The translations under genes and the position numbers were made by a program. The notes below the pieces were generated by a model, which did not search any database, was not told the origin of the DNA, and was given only the letters and a program-made list of their open reading frames with translations. From an uncultured Dysgonomonas sp. (GTDB taxonomy: Bacteria > Bacteroidota > Bacteroidia > Bacteroidales > Dysgonomonadaceae), in contig CALYPL010000001.1 of assembly GCA_945273835.1 (NCBI GenBank), forward strand, positions 15,540-79,539: 64,000 nucleotides of DNA. Reading direction: 5' to 3'. Numbering within the stretch: the stretch's first letter is position 1; each line of letters starts with the position of its first letter. Of this stretch, positions 42,192 to 52,710 are shown piece after piece.

Positions 42192-43622
42192 TCACTCTTT
42201 GATGTCAAGCCCCAAAAGCTTAGCCTTGTTCTTCAGAAAGTCGTAGGCGGCATTATATTCATTCGGGATTTTTCCATCCAACACAGCATCTTTGAGAGAA
42301 GATTTTAATTGCCCGACAACTGGCGATGGCGAAAGCCCAAACATTTCCATAATCTCGCCTCCGCTAATCGGTGGTTGAAAGTTACGGACATGATCTTTCT
42401 CTTCTATCTCTTTCAACTTTCGGCGCACAAGACCAAAATTGTTAAGGTATTTACGAATTTTAGCCTCATTTTTCGATGTGATATCAGCTTCGCAGAGCAC
42501 CATCAAATCGTCAATATCATCACCTGCCTCAAAGAGCAGACGTCTTACTGCCGAATCGGTGATATTCTCGTCGACCAAAACTTGCGGACGCATATGCAAA
42601 AGAACCATCTTCTGCACATACTTCATTTTTTCATTCATCGGCAGTTTCATCCTCCGAAAAATATGCGGAACCATTTTTTCTCCAACAAAATTATGGTTAT
42701 GGAACGTCCACCCCAACCTGTTATCCCAACGTTTAGTTGCGGGTTTGGCTATATCGTGTAAGATGGCAGACCATCGTAGCCAAAGATTGTCAGTCTTGCG
42801 AGAGATATTATCCAGTACGGCAATTGTATGGTAAAAGTTATCTTTATGCCCCACCCCGTCTTTTGTTTCAGCACCTTTCAGCGCAACCAGTTCGGGGAAA
42901 ATGATTGAAAGCAAACCTGTCTGCTCAAGTTGCTTGAAGCCGACCGAAGGCTTTGGAGACATCACTATTTTGTTCAGCTCGTCGATGATTCTTTCTTGCG
43001 AAACGATTTCTATTCGTTCTTTATTGCGAGCAATTGCATCGAAGGTAGATGTTTCTATATCGAATCCGAGTTGCGAAGAAAAACGGATGGCACGCATCAT
43101 TCTCAGCGGATCATCGCTGAATGTAATGTCAGGATCAAGTGGAGTGCGGATCAATAAACGTTCCATATCCTGCAATCCGTCAAAAGGATCAAGCAATTCG
43201 CCCAACCTGTCTTTGTTCAGGCAAACCGCTAATGCATTGATTGTGAAATCACGCCTATTCTGATCATCTTTCAAAGTACCATCTTCGACAATGGGTTTAC
43301 GTGAACCTCGGTTATACGATTCACGTCGAGCTCCTACAAACTCTATTTCTTCATCGTTATACTTTATCTGGGCGGTGCCGAAATTCTTAAAAACCGACAG
43401 ATGTGCTTTTTTTCCGAGTTTGCGAGCTACGGCTTTGGCAAGATCTATGCCTCGTCCAACAGTAACCACATCTATGTCTTTAGACGGACGGTTAAGAAAC
43501 AGGTCTCGCACATATCCTCCGATAGCATAACATTCAAGACCCATTTGGTCTGCAACCTCTGTTATTATTGAGAAAAGTCCCGAAGAAAATTCACGCTTCA
43601 GGTCTTCACGTTCTATATACAT
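42192..43622 (-). CDS. cca: CCA tRNA nucleotidyltransferase with HD domain
   Basis: [45 protein letters not shown]. Start moved to ATG 43622 because a -7 box (TACTTTTG, 43649..43656) lies in the longer ORF. Confidence 0.9.
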   Translation of the reverse strand: MYIEREDLKREFSSGLFSIITEVADQMGLECYAIGGYVRDLFLNRPSKDIDVVTVGRGIDLAKAVARKLGKKAHLSVFKNFGTAQIKYNDEEIEFVGARRESYNRGSRKPIVEDGTLKDDQNRRDFTINALAVCLNKDRLGELLDPFDGLQDMERLLIRTPLDPDITFSDDPLRMMRAIRFSSQLGFDIETSTFDAIARNKERIEIVSQERIIDELNKIVMSPKPSVGFKQLEQTGLLSIIFPELVALKGAETKDGVGHKDNFYHTIAVLDNISRKTDNLWLRWSAILHDIAKPATKRWDNRLGWTFHNHNFVGEKMVPHIFRRMKLPMNEKMKYVQKMVLLHMRPQVLVDENITDSAVRRLLFEAGDDIDDLMVLCEADITSKNEAKIRKYLNNFGLVRRKLKEIEEKDHVRNFQPPISGGEIMEMFGLSPSPVVGQLKSSLKDAVLDGKIPNEYNAAYDFLKNKAKLLGLDIKE

Positions 43623-44014
43623 TCTTAAATATCCTTTATTAAGCAGACCAAAAGTACATAAATTATTTGAATAGAGAAATCTCCGCACTTAATGTCGCTA
43701 TTTTCAAAGGTATTAGGAAGGCAACACGAGATTTAAATCAAATAGTTTTCTGCTATTTTTAGGAAGACAATCAATTGATCGCTATTAAAAATTTTTACAG
43801 AATGTTTATATCAACAGAATTTATAATTACTCATATATATAGAAACGTTTTGCCTATTTTGTATGAACTTAAATATGTATATTCTTTATCATTAGGTATA
43901 AATTTTTATCACATCTTCCCAAACATTAGAAATGTTTAATATATCATAATTTATGGCATACTATTTGTGTTTAAAATTATGATATTTCATTGTTTAACTT
44001 AAAAAAACATAATC

Positions 44015-44146
44015 ATGGGAATTAAACCTGGTCCTAAAAGAATTGCAGATTCAACAGGCAAACCTGACAAACGTCAAAGAGACAACAAAGACACTCCGGG
44101 CAATACACCTTCGTTAAAGCCGCATAAGCATAAAAAAGGTGATTAA
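44015..44146 (+). CDS. 43-aa basic, Pro/Lys-rich microprotein of unknown function
   Basis: Manual translation MGIKPGPKRIADSTGKPDKRQRDNKDTPGNTPSLKPHKHKKGD*; A-rich leader typical of Bacteroidetes starts; more GC-rich than the flanking AT-rich spacer; downstream hairpin. Confidence 0.65.
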   Translation: MGIKPGPKRIADSTGKPDKRQRDNKDTPGNTPSLKPHKHKKGD

Positions 44147-44205
44147 TAAATTATTTTTACAATTTTGACAGAGATAGACTTCTTTTAGAAGAAGGGTAAA
44201 AAAAG

Positions 44206-44243
44206 AAAAGCGACAAACTGTTTGATTTCAATTTGTCGCTTTT
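44206..44243. terminator. Terminator hairpin abutting the tRNA-Leu 3' end, probably bidirectional
   Basis: AAAAGCGACAAA ... TTTGTCGCTTTT 12-bp inverted repeat; U-rich run on the minus strand. Confidence 0.8.
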
Positions 44244-44244
44244 G

Positions 44245-44326
44245 TGCGGATGAAGGGACTCGAACCCCCACGCCGTGAAGCACCAGATCCTAAGTCTGGC
44301 GTGGCTACCAATTACACCACATCCGC
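44245..44326 (-). tRNA. tRNA-Leu (anticodon TAG), CCA not encoded
   Basis: GCGGATG/CATCCGC acceptor stem, TAATTGGTA D-loop, CCAGA-CTTAGGA-TCTGG anticodon arm, long variable arm, GGTTCGAGTCCC T-arm; -7 box TATCTTTG at 44348..44355. Confidence 0.97.
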
Positions 44327-44441
44327 ATAGGCTTTGTTTTGGTGATGCAAAGATATAATAATTATCTACGAAAAACAACATTTTTAGTTTTTTTGTTGAA
44401 AATAATAACATTCGGTTTATTATCACAAAAAAATAGAATCT

Positions 44442-44449
44442 TAACTTTG
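44442..44449 (+). promoter_or_regulatory. -7 box for the MATE-tldD-pmbA-GHL10 operon
   Basis: TAACTTTG about 80 nt before the ATG; divergent from the tRNA promoter. Confidence 0.55.
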
Positions 44450-44526
44450 CACTAATTATTGAAAACTTCATTATTATAATATCCACTTATAGAGAGTATT
44501 TCTCGCTAACCACTTAAGAAAAGATT

Positions 44527-45897
44527 ATGGCTAAAGTTGCGAATACTGACGAACTTGAAAATAAAAAAATAAGTAAACTGCTTTTCCAATATGCGTTACC
44601 CGCCATTATTGGAACAATGGTAAACTCGTTGTACAACATCATTGACCGAATTTTTATTGGTCATACACCCGGCTTGGGAGATCATGCTATTGGAGGTTTG
44701 GGAATATGCCTGCCACTTATGAATCTGACCACAGCGGTCGGGATGCTTATTGGCGCAGGTTCGGCAAGCCGCATATCAATCTGTTTGGGTAGTGAAGACA
44801 AGAAAACAGCCGAAAAGATAATCGGCAACTCTTTTCTACTGACCTTACTGCTGACCGGTACGGTGATTACCCTAATCTATATTTTTCTTGATCCGATATT
44901 AATAAAAATAGGAGCTACCCAAGAAACATTCCCTTACGCACAAGAGTTTATGCGTTATCTGCTTCCGGGTAATATATTCCTTACCATGTGTTTCAACTTC
45001 AACAGCATGATGCGTGCTTCGGGATACCCGCAAAAAGCGATGTACACAATGCTTATAAGCGTTTTTGCAAATGTCATCATTGCGCCGATATTTCTTTTTG
45101 GACTTAAGCTCGGCATAAAAGGGGCTGCAATAGCCACGAATATATCCGTATTCATCGGACTATGTTTCGTGATGTATCATTTTATGAACAAGAAAAGTAT
45201 GCTTCGCATTCGGGTCAGTAATATGCGACTCAATAAAAAGATAGTATGGGCAATAATCAGTATTGGTTTATCGCCGTTTTTTATTCAGACAGCCGCTTCG
45301 GCAGTCGCATTCTTCATCAATCAGCAATTGCGTGTATATGGCGGAAACGTCGCCATAGAAGCCTATACAATATCCAATACCTTACTCATGATTATAATCA
45401 TGATCATGGTCGGGCTGACACAAGGCATGCAGCCGATTGTCGGTTATAACTATGGAGCTAAAAAGTTTGATAGGGTAAAAGAAACACTTATCTACACGAT
45501 AAAAGTGGGCGTAATCATCGGAAGTATTGGCTTATTACTTGTTATGTTTCTACCGAATATATTTGTCGAACCATTCAATCCTTCCCCAGAGCTCGCCAAG
45601 GCATCGGTGAAAGCGATACGAACTATCACACTCATGCTTCCGTTCGTAGGATTTCAGTTAGTTGTCACAAACTTCTTTCAATGTATCGGGATGGCAGCCA
45701 AATCTATATTCTTGAGCCTTACTCGACAGTTTCTGTTTCTGATCCCTTCATTGTTCATATTACCTACATTTTGGGGTCTGAACGGTGTTTGGTATTCTAT
45801 GCCTACGTCCGATTTTCTGTCAACCTTACTAACAGGAATCCTTTTCTTCTTGCAATTGAGACAATTCAAGAAGATGGGGCAACAAAATTTAATATAA
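44527..45897 (+). CDS. MATE family efflux transporter (MepA-like)
   Basis: LFQYALPAIIG..VNSLYNIIDRIFIG, RASGYP, GIKGAAIAT, QPIVGYNYGAK; about 12 TM helices. Confidence 0.92.
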   Translation: MAKVANTDELENKKISKLLFQYALPAIIGTMVNSLYNIIDRIFIGHTPGLGDHAIGGLGICLPLMNLTTAVGMLIGAGSASRISICLGSEDKKTAEKIIGNSFLLTLLLTGTVITLIYIFLDPILIKIGATQETFPYAQEFMRYLLPGNIFLTMCFNFNSMMRASGYPQKAMYTMLISVFANVIIAPIFLFGLKLGIKGAAIATNISVFIGLCFVMYHFMNKKSMLRIRVSNMRLNKKIVWAIISIGLSPFFIQTAASAVAFFINQQLRVYGGNVAIEAYTISNTLLMIIIMIMVGLTQGMQPIVGYNYGAKKFDRVKETLIYTIKVGVIIGSIGLLLVMFLPNIFVEPFNPSPELAKASVKAIRTITLMLPFVGFQLVVTNFFQCIGMAAKSIFLSLTRQFLFLIPSLFILPTFWGLNGVWYSMPTSDFLSTLLTGILFFLQLRQFKKMGQQNLI

Positions 45898-45907
45898 ACT
45901 TCAACTT

Positions 45908-47329
45908 ATGACAAATAATCAAGAGATGCTTAACCATTTTAAGGTAACAACATCCGACCTACAAAAAACCATAGCAGAGGCTCTGGTAAAAGGCGGTGAT
46001 TTTGCCGATTTGTATTTTGAGCATACATTCAGCAACAATATCAGCCTTCGTGATGGTGAAGTAAACAGCATATCTTCTAATATAGATTACGGAGTAGGAA
46101 TCAGAGTACTTTCAGGCGATCAGACCGGATTCGCTTTTGTCGAAAACACATTACCTGAAAATATGCTTAAAGCTGCCCGCACAGCCGCTAACATTGCGTC
46201 AAGTAAAAGCAGTAAAATAAGCCCAACCATTATTCAGGAACAGAATTTTAAAAATCATTACAAAATAAAGATACCTTGGATAGAAAGTGCCGTCAGCGAT
46301 AAAAAGAAATTTGTCCAGAAATTAAATGATCGCATATTCGAACTTGACAGACGTGTCATCAAAGCATCTGTGGCCTTGAGGGATTCTACATCTTATATTC
46401 TTTATTACAATTCCGAAGGCATCTTATGTTCCGATTATCGTCCGATGTGCATTATGTACGCATCTTGCACGATGGAACAAAATGGAAAAATGGAAAGCAA
46501 CCAGTCATCAAGAGCATATCGCAAGGGCTTTGAATTTTTGAACGATGAATTGGTAGAAATTCTTGCTCTCGAAGCTGTTAAACAAACAGCAGTCATGTTT
46601 GATGCGGTTAAACCAAAAGGTGGCGAAATGCCCGTTGTAATGGGTGCAGGAGGATCGGGAATACTCTTGCACGAAGCTATCGGACATGCTTTTGAAGCTG
46701 ACTTTAACCGTAAAGGAGTTTCTATATTTTCTGAACAATTGGGCAAAAAAATTTGCATGCCACAAATTAACGTTGTTGACGATGGAACCATTGATTTTGC
46801 ACGCGGAAGCATCAATTTCGACGATGAAGGCATAGAAAGTCAGAAAACGTATATTGTGAAAGATGGTGTGTTGGAAAGTTATTTGCATGATCGAATCAGT
46901 GCGAAGCATTACGGTGTTAAGCCAACCGGAAACGGAAGGCGTGAATCGTTCAGACATACGCCTATGCCACGTATGCGTGTGACTTATATGGAAAATGGCA
47001 GCATGAATCAAGAGGACATTATAGCGTCGGTGAAATCAGGCGTATTCGTGGACAACTTCAGTAACGGTCAAGTACAGATAGGCGCGGGAGATTTCACTTT
47101 CTTCGTTAAAAACGGCTATCTTATAGAGAATGGCAGATTAACCCAACCAATCAAAGACATTAACATAATAGGTAACGGACCTAAAGCATTAGCGGATATT
47201 AAGATGGTTGGCAACAACCTGAAAATTGATGAAGGCGGATGGACGTGCGGTAAAAACGGGCAATCTATCCCTGTCGGACAAGGATTACCATCGGTACTGA
47301 TCAGCAAACTAACAGTCGGAGGAATGTAA
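45908..47329 (+). CDS. tldD: TldD family metalloprotease
   Basis: GDFADLYFE, HEAIGHAFEAD (HExxxH), FDDEG, TGNGRRES, PRM..TYM, CGKNGQ..PVG. Confidence 0.93.
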   Translation: MTNNQEMLNHFKVTTSDLQKTIAEALVKGGDFADLYFEHTFSNNISLRDGEVNSISSNIDYGVGIRVLSGDQTGFAFVENTLPENMLKAARTAANIASSKSSKISPTIIQEQNFKNHYKIKIPWIESAVSDKKKFVQKLNDRIFELDRRVIKASVALRDSTSYILYYNSEGILCSDYRPMCIMYASCTMEQNGKMESNQSSRAYRKGFEFLNDELVEILALEAVKQTAVMFDAVKPKGGEMPVVMGAGGSGILLHEAIGHAFEADFNRKGVSIFSEQLGKKICMPQINVVDDGTIDFARGSINFDDEGIESQKTYIVKDGVLESYLHDRISAKHYGVKPTGNGRRESFRHTPMPRMRVTYMENGSMNQEDIIASVKSGVFVDNFSNGQVQIGAGDFTFFVKNGYLIENGRLTQPIKDINIIGNGPKALADIKMVGNNLKIDEGGWTCGKNGQSIPVGQGLPSVLISKLTVGGM

Positions 47330-48649
47330 ATGATAACAAAAGATCAAAAAGATACAGCTCAATGGGCAATGGAATACGCCCTTAAACAGGGTTGCCAATC
47401 GGCACGGGTTTCTCTTATAACTGCCGAAAGCAATTCGTTTGAATATCGGAACAAACAATTAGACCTGCTTGAACAATGCGCCGAGAATAAACTTTATATT
47501 GAGTTATTTATTAACGGTAAATACGGATCTTTTTCGACTAATCGCATTGAACGGAACGAATTGGAAAGATTCATAATTGATGGTATAGAATCAACCGATT
47601 ATCTTGCACCCGATACTTGCCGACAGCTGCCTGATTCAAATCGTTATTATAAAAATGATGGAAAAGATCTTGAGCTGTTCGACCCCTCATTATTTAACAT
47701 CTCTACCGATACTAAATTGGAATGGGCAAGACAGAATATTGAAGAGATTTACGGTTCTGACGATCAAATTATATCGATTCAATCTTCATATAGCGATGGT
47801 GCGAGTGCCGAATATATGGTCGCAAGTAATGGATTTGAAGGCGAAAGTTCCGGCACATGGTGCAACTTATCAGTAAGCGTAGCCTTAAAAACAGGCGGCG
47901 ATGCACGTGCAGAAGCTTCATGGTATGATAATGCTGTATTTTTGAATGATCTTCAAAAAGAGGGTATAGCCAAAATAGCCTTAGATCGTGCTAAACGAAA
48001 AATAGGACAAACAAAGATAGCTTCGGGAATATATGATATTATATTAGACAATACGAGTTCAGCTCGTTTACTCAGTCCGCTAATCTCTGCTATGCAAGGT
48101 TCGTCATTGCAACAAAAAAACTCATTTTTGCTCGATAAAATCGGTAAAAAAATCTCGTCTGACATATTGACGATTAAAGACACTCCGCATATTAAAAAGG
48201 CGTTCGGCTCTCAATTATATGATTCGGAAGGTATTGCCACGAGTGAGAGGTATCTAATTAAAGAAGGCATCTTGGATACTTACTTTATTAATACTTATAA
48301 TGCTCTGAAAATGGGGGTAGAACCGACTATTTCCGCACCATCTATTATAAGCCCTCAACTTGGCAATTATGATTTTAATACGATGCTTAAATCTATGGAA
48401 AAAGGCATCTGGATAACCGGATTCAACGGAGGAAATTGCAATTCTACAACAGGCGATTATTCTTTTGGTGTTGAAGGTTTTTTTATAGAGAAAGGCAGGA
48501 TTGGGCGACCAATTAATGAAATGAATATCACTGGAAATATACTTGATTTATGGGCAAATCTTGTTGAAATCGGCAACGATCCTCGTTTGAATTCATCATG
48601 GCGTATACCTGCATTAATATTCAAAAATGTCGATTTCAGCGGATTTTAA
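47330..48649 (+). CDS. pmbA: TldE/PmbA family protein
   Basis: TldD homolog lacking HExxH; SFL..KIG, DSEG, N..TGDYSFG, I.EMNITGN. Confidence 0.9.
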   Translation: MITKDQKDTAQWAMEYALKQGCQSARVSLITAESNSFEYRNKQLDLLEQCAENKLYIELFINGKYGSFSTNRIERNELERFIIDGIESTDYLAPDTCRQLPDSNRYYKNDGKDLELFDPSLFNISTDTKLEWARQNIEEIYGSDDQIISIQSSYSDGASAEYMVASNGFEGESSGTWCNLSVSVALKTGGDARAEASWYDNAVFLNDLQKEGIAKIALDRAKRKIGQTKIASGIYDIILDNTSSARLLSPLISAMQGSSLQQKNSFLLDKIGKKISSDILTIKDTPHIKKAFGSQLYDSEGIATSERYLIKEGILDTYFINTYNALKMGVEPTISAPSIISPQLGNYDFNTMLKSMEKGIWITGFNGGNCNSTTGDYSFGVEGFFIEKGRIGRPINEMNITGNILDLWANLVEIGNDPRLNSSWRIPALIFKNVDFSGF

Positions 48650-48656
48650 TATTCTC

Positions 48657-50084
48657 ATGAACACTTTAAAAACTACATTACTTGCATTTTTTCTTTCATT
48701 CACGCTAAGTCTATTGGCGCAAACACCTGCTACTGAAATAAGGGCGATATGGTTAACAACCAACTGGAGACTCGACTGGCCTGTTCATGGTAAGACCGTA
48801 GCGGAGCAGAAAATGGAGTTGAACCTCATGTTGGACGAGTTGAAAGCTCTTAATTTCAATACTGTTTTCTTTCAGACAAGGGCTCAAGGTAAGGTATTTT
48901 ATCGTTCCCGCATTGAGCCAATGAGTCCTTATTTCAACCAAAATGACAATTTCGACCCCTTACTTTATGCTATTGAGCAATGCCACAAAAGAGGTTTGGA
49001 ATGTCATGCTTGGATAGTTGTTTATCCCGGAGAAAAGGTAAAAAAGAATAAATATAAGCCATCACATTACAAAGCTGTGAATGGTATATGGCACCTTGAC
49101 CCGGGAAATCCTGAGACACGTAAATACATCGTTTCTATCGTAAATGAAATAATCGAAAATTATGATGTGGATGGTATCCAGCTTGATTATCTACGTTATC
49201 CAAATAATACTCAAAAGTTCCCTGACGAAGATACTTATCTAAAATATGGCAAATCCATGAACCTGTTCGATTGGCGCAGAGATAATATTAATAAACTGGC
49301 ATCAGCTGTTTACGACTCGGTGAAATCGAAGAAAAAATGGGTTCAGGTCAGTAGTTCTACTTTAGGACGTTATCAGATTCTCCCTCATATAAACAGTAAC
49401 GACAGTTGGACTGCACGTGATATAGTGTTCCAAGATGCGGCTTACTGGTTGAAGAATGGCAAGCACGATATCTTATTTCCGATGATGTATTATCAGGATC
49501 AGTATTTCTATCCCTATCTCGATGACTGGATTAAGAATTCGTATGGACGGATTGTAGTTCCGGGTTTAGGGGTTTATCAGATGTTACCGAATGAGAAAGA
49601 TTGGGATTTGAATGAGATTACCCTACAAATGAATTATACAAGGCATGAAAATATATGTGGACAAGCATATTTTCGCACCCGAAATGTATTAGATAATGTG
49701 AAAGGTGTTAAAGATTTTATTCATCAATTTTATGCACGTCCGGCTAAATTACCTCCTCTCACTTGGTTGGATAACACTAAACCGGCTACTCCTATAAATT
49801 TGAGAGTTTACAAGAACGAGCAAGGGCAAATGAATATCGAATGGGAATCGCCAGACAAGGACAAACAATTAACTTATAATCTCTATATATCATCAAAAGA
49901 TAGTATTGACACATCGGATTCACGGGATATTCTGGCGGTTGGAATACGTGAGAACAAATATACGTTCGAGATCAACGAAGGGGATTTTGGTTTTTATTAC
50001 TCAGTTACAGCATCTGACCGATATCATAATGAGAGTGCTCCTTGTATTTCGGCGTTCTTCTCACATTCTAAAGATTTAAAATAG
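48657..50084 (+). CDS. GHL10 (DUF187, YddW/DigH-like) glycoside hydrolase with C-terminal Fn3-like domain
   Basis: Signal peptide from ATG 48657; EIRAIWLTT...DWP, NTVFFQ.R, DPL.YAIE.CHKRGLECHAW, LDPG.PE, YDVDGIQLDY.RYP, WRRDNI, V.A.DRYHNES. Confidence 0.85.
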   Translation: MNTLKTTLLAFFLSFTLSLLAQTPATEIRAIWLTTNWRLDWPVHGKTVAEQKMELNLMLDELKALNFNTVFFQTRAQGKVFYRSRIEPMSPYFNQNDNFDPLLYAIEQCHKRGLECHAWIVVYPGEKVKKNKYKPSHYKAVNGIWHLDPGNPETRKYIVSIVNEIIENYDVDGIQLDYLRYPNNTQKFPDEDTYLKYGKSMNLFDWRRDNINKLASAVYDSVKSKKKWVQVSSSTLGRYQILPHINSNDSWTARDIVFQDAAYWLKNGKHDILFPMMYYQDQYFYPYLDDWIKNSYGRIVVPGLGVYQMLPNEKDWDLNEITLQMNYTRHENICGQAYFRTRNVLDNVKGVKDFIHQFYARPAKLPPLTWLDNTKPATPINLRVYKNEQGQMNIEWESPDKDKQLTYNLYISSKDSIDTSDSRDILAVGIRENKYTFEINEGDFGFYYSVTASDRYHNESAPCISAFFSHSKDLK

Positions 50085-50120
50085 AAATAAGTTGAAATCC
50101 TAATTTACTTTGATATATAT

Positions 50121-50151
50121 AAAAATAAGCCGATAAAATCGGCTTATTTTT
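50121..50151. terminator. Bidirectional intrinsic terminator between the GHL10 gene and ftsH
   Basis: AAAAATAAGCCGAT-AAA-ATCGGCTTATTTTT perfect inverted repeat. Confidence 0.88.
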
Positions 50152-50174
50152 ATGATTTAAAGAATACAAAATTC

Positions 50175-52289
50175 TCATTTCTCTTCTAATTCATCTTCTA
50201 AATTTTCCGATTCAGATTGGTCAACACCGGCTAAAAGCCCGGGTGCATCCGTTTCGATTTGATCATGATCAGAGAGTAGTTTATGTCCTGCGTTTTCTTT
50301 ATCTTCTTCTACTTTATTAGCCAGTTCTTCGGTTTCTTTGAGTAATTCATCGGAACGTGAAATCCAGAGACGTTCTCCGAATATCTTTTTCAAATCATCC
50401 GAATAAATAACTTCTTCTGTCATTAACTTATCGGCAAGTTTATTATGCCCTACTGCATGTTCTCTAAGCATTGATTTAGCTCGCTCGTATTGTTCGTTAA
50501 TCATGAGCTGAACTTCTTTATCAATCAAGAGAGCAGTTTCTTCACTATAGGGTTTAGTAAACCCGTAGCTTTCGCCTGTTGAATCATAATAACATAAGTT
50601 AGGAAGTTTATCGCTCATTCCCATGTAAGAAATCATTGCGTAAGCCTGTTTAGTAACACGTTCAAGATCATTAACTGCACCTGAAGAAATGTGTCCGACA
50701 AATACCTCCTCAGCAGCACGTCCTCCCAATAAAGCGCACATTTCGTCCAACATCTGTTCTTTGGTCGTAATTTGTCTTTCTTCCGGGAGGTACCACGCAG
50801 CACCAAGAGCTTTACCTCGCGGTACAATCGTAACTTTAACCAATGGATTGGCATATTGTAAAAACCAACTTAGTGTGGCATGTCCTGCTTCATGTATAGC
50901 GATTGTACGGCGTTCGTCAATTGTAGTAACTTTATTTTTCTTTTCAAGACCTCCGACAATACGATCAACTGCGTTTATAAAGTCATCTTTCTGAACTACT
51001 TTTTTACCTCCACGTGCGGCGATAAGTGCAGCCTCATTACATACATTGGCAATATCTGCTCCTGAGAAACCGGGAGTCTGACGCGCCAAGAAATCTATAT
51101 CAACGGAATCATCGGTTTTGATTTTACGCAAATGAACTTTAAATATATCTTTACGATCGTTCAGATCGGGTAAGTCAACATGAATCTGTCGGTCGAAACG
51201 TCCAGCACGTAATAATGCTTTATCCAGAATATCCGCACGGTTGGTAGCCGCCAAAATAATGATACCGCTATTTGTTCCGAAACCATCCATTTCGGTCAAT
51301 AATTGATTCAATGTATTTTCACGCTCATCATTCGATCCCATATTCGGATTGCGTCCTCTGGCACGCCCGATGGCATCTATTTCGTCAATGAAGATAATAC
51401 AAGGTGATTTTTCTTTAGCTTGTTTAAATAGGTCTCTTACTCGTGATGCTCCTACGCCGACAAACATTTCGACAAAATCTGATCCTGACATCGAAAAAAA
51501 CGGAACATTTGCTTCACCTGCAACTGCTTTTGCGAGTAGGGTTTTGCCTGTTCCGGGAGGTCCTACTAATAATGCTCCTTTAGGGATTTTACCGCCTATT
51601 TCAGTGTAACGAGCGGGATTTTTTAAAAATTCTACAATTTCTTCTATTTCCTCTTTGGCTTCGGACAATCCGGCAACATCCTTGAATGTCACACGTAAAT
51701 CTGATCCTTTGTCATAAAGTTGTGCTTTAGACTTACCGACACTGAAAACTCCTCCGGCACCGCCTCCGCTGCCTCCTGACATACGACGCATCATATATAC
51801 CCATAAACCTATAATAAGGGCAAATGGCAGAAGTGTAATCAGTATATCAATAAACTTATTGCTTTCGCTATCTTTAAAACTTACTTCTATATTATAATTA
51901 TGGTCTTTCTGAATTGCATCAAATGTAGACATAAAACTATCGGAAGATGGGATTTCCACTACTAATACCGGACTATCTCCAACTTCTTCTTTGGTCTTAT
52001 TGAATACATGTTTTATAGAATCGGTGCGAACGTATGCCTCTAACACATTGGCTTTTCTGTCTACAATAATTTTACTTACAGAGTTATCTGACAGATAGTT
52101 CTGAAAGGTAGACCATGGAACTGATTTTTTCTCACCTATCCCCGTGATTGATTGTCCTGAAAATATATACATTCCCACAATTGCAGCAAAAAGAAGTATA
52201 TATAACCACCAAATATTGAAAGGGGATTTTGAAGGCTTTAAATTTTTTCTGTTCGAGCCCTTAGGCTGATTATCGTTGTTATTATCCAT
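50175..52289 (-). CDS. ftsH: ATP-dependent zinc metalloprotease FtsH
   Basis: Two TM helices, [44 protein letters not shown]. Confidence 0.97.
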   Translation of the reverse strand: MDNNNDNQPKGSNRKNLKPSKSPFNIWWLYILLFAAIVGMYIFSGQSITGIGEKKSVPWSTFQNYLSDNSVSKIIVDRKANVLEAYVRTDSIKHVFNKTKEEVGDSPVLVVEIPSSDSFMSTFDAIQKDHNYNIEVSFKDSESNKFIDILITLLPFALIIGLWVYMMRRMSGGSGGGAGGVFSVGKSKAQLYDKGSDLRVTFKDVAGLSEAKEEIEEIVEFLKNPARYTEIGGKIPKGALLVGPPGTGKTLLAKAVAGEANVPFFSMSGSDFVEMFVGVGASRVRDLFKQAKEKSPCIIFIDEIDAIGRARGRNPNMGSNDERENTLNQLLTEMDGFGTNSGIIILAATNRADILDKALLRAGRFDRQIHVDLPDLNDRKDIFKVHLRKIKTDDSVDIDFLARQTPGFSGADIANVCNEAALIAARGGKKVVQKDDFINAVDRIVGGLEKKNKVTTIDERRTIAIHEAGHATLSWFLQYANPLVKVTIVPRGKALGAAWYLPEERQITTKEQMLDEMCALLGGRAAEEVFVGHISSGAVNDLERVTKQAYAMISYMGMSDKLPNLCYYDSTGESYGFTKPYSEETALLIDKEVQLMINEQYERAKSMLREHAVGHNKLADKLMTEEVIYSDDLKKIFGERLWISRSDELLKETEELANKVEEDKENAGHKLLSDHDQIETDAPGLLAGVDQSESENLEDELEEK

Positions 52290-52350
52290 ATTTCAGAATG
52301 AAAGGATTCCGTTAATTAATTTATTTATTTCTGAACAACATGTCGTATGA

Positions 52351-52710
52351 TTAATCAATATCAGGAATTGCTTCTGTTTCGGCATCTTCCCATAGATGTT
52401 CAATATCATAAAAATCACGTAGTTCGGGAAGAAAAACGTGTACAATAACTGTGCCATAGTCAATTCCTATCCAACGACCCTCACGCATACCATCAATGGA
52501 CACGGGGCGTTCCTTCGTTTTTTTCTTTACCGAATCGATAATTTCTTCAGATATTGCTGTTGTTTGTGTAGGTGTATTACCCTGACATATGACAAAATAG
52601 CGACAGATAGCTCCGGGCAGATTTGTCATATTTATAATTACTATATCTTTTGCCTTTTTTTCCTGGCAGGCTGCCACAATGTTATTTACTAACTGCTTTG
52701 CTTCGTCCAT
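52351..52710 (-). CDS. rsfS: Ribosome silencing factor
   Basis: EKKAKDIV, FVIC.G.T..Q, W..IDYG.VIVHVF...R.FYDIE.LW; -7 box TATATTTG at 52745..52752. Confidence 0.95.
   Translation of the reverse strand: MDEAKQLVNNIVAACQEKKAKDIVIINMTNLPGAICRYFVICQGNTPTQTTAISEEIIDSVKKKTKERPVSIDGMREGRWIGIDYGTVIVHVFLPELRDFYDIEHLWEDAETEAIPDID

Noticed and set aside
42309-43530. Cluster of long antisense ORFs opposite cca (similar sets lie opposite pepD, pta, ftsK, rnr, tldD, folD and leuS)
   Set aside because: They are shadows of codon bias in well-supported genes, with no recognisable motifs, promoters or coding-like composition.
44100-44326. Possible integrated element (att site) at tRNA-Leu
   Set aside because: I found no duplicated tRNA 3' end, integrase or other mobility gene on either side; only a short AT-rich islet is present.
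44157-44486. 109-aa minus-strand ORF in the track
   Set aside because: It runs straight through the tRNA-Leu gene, its promoter and its terminator, and has low-complexity F/L/K composition; a spurious ORF.
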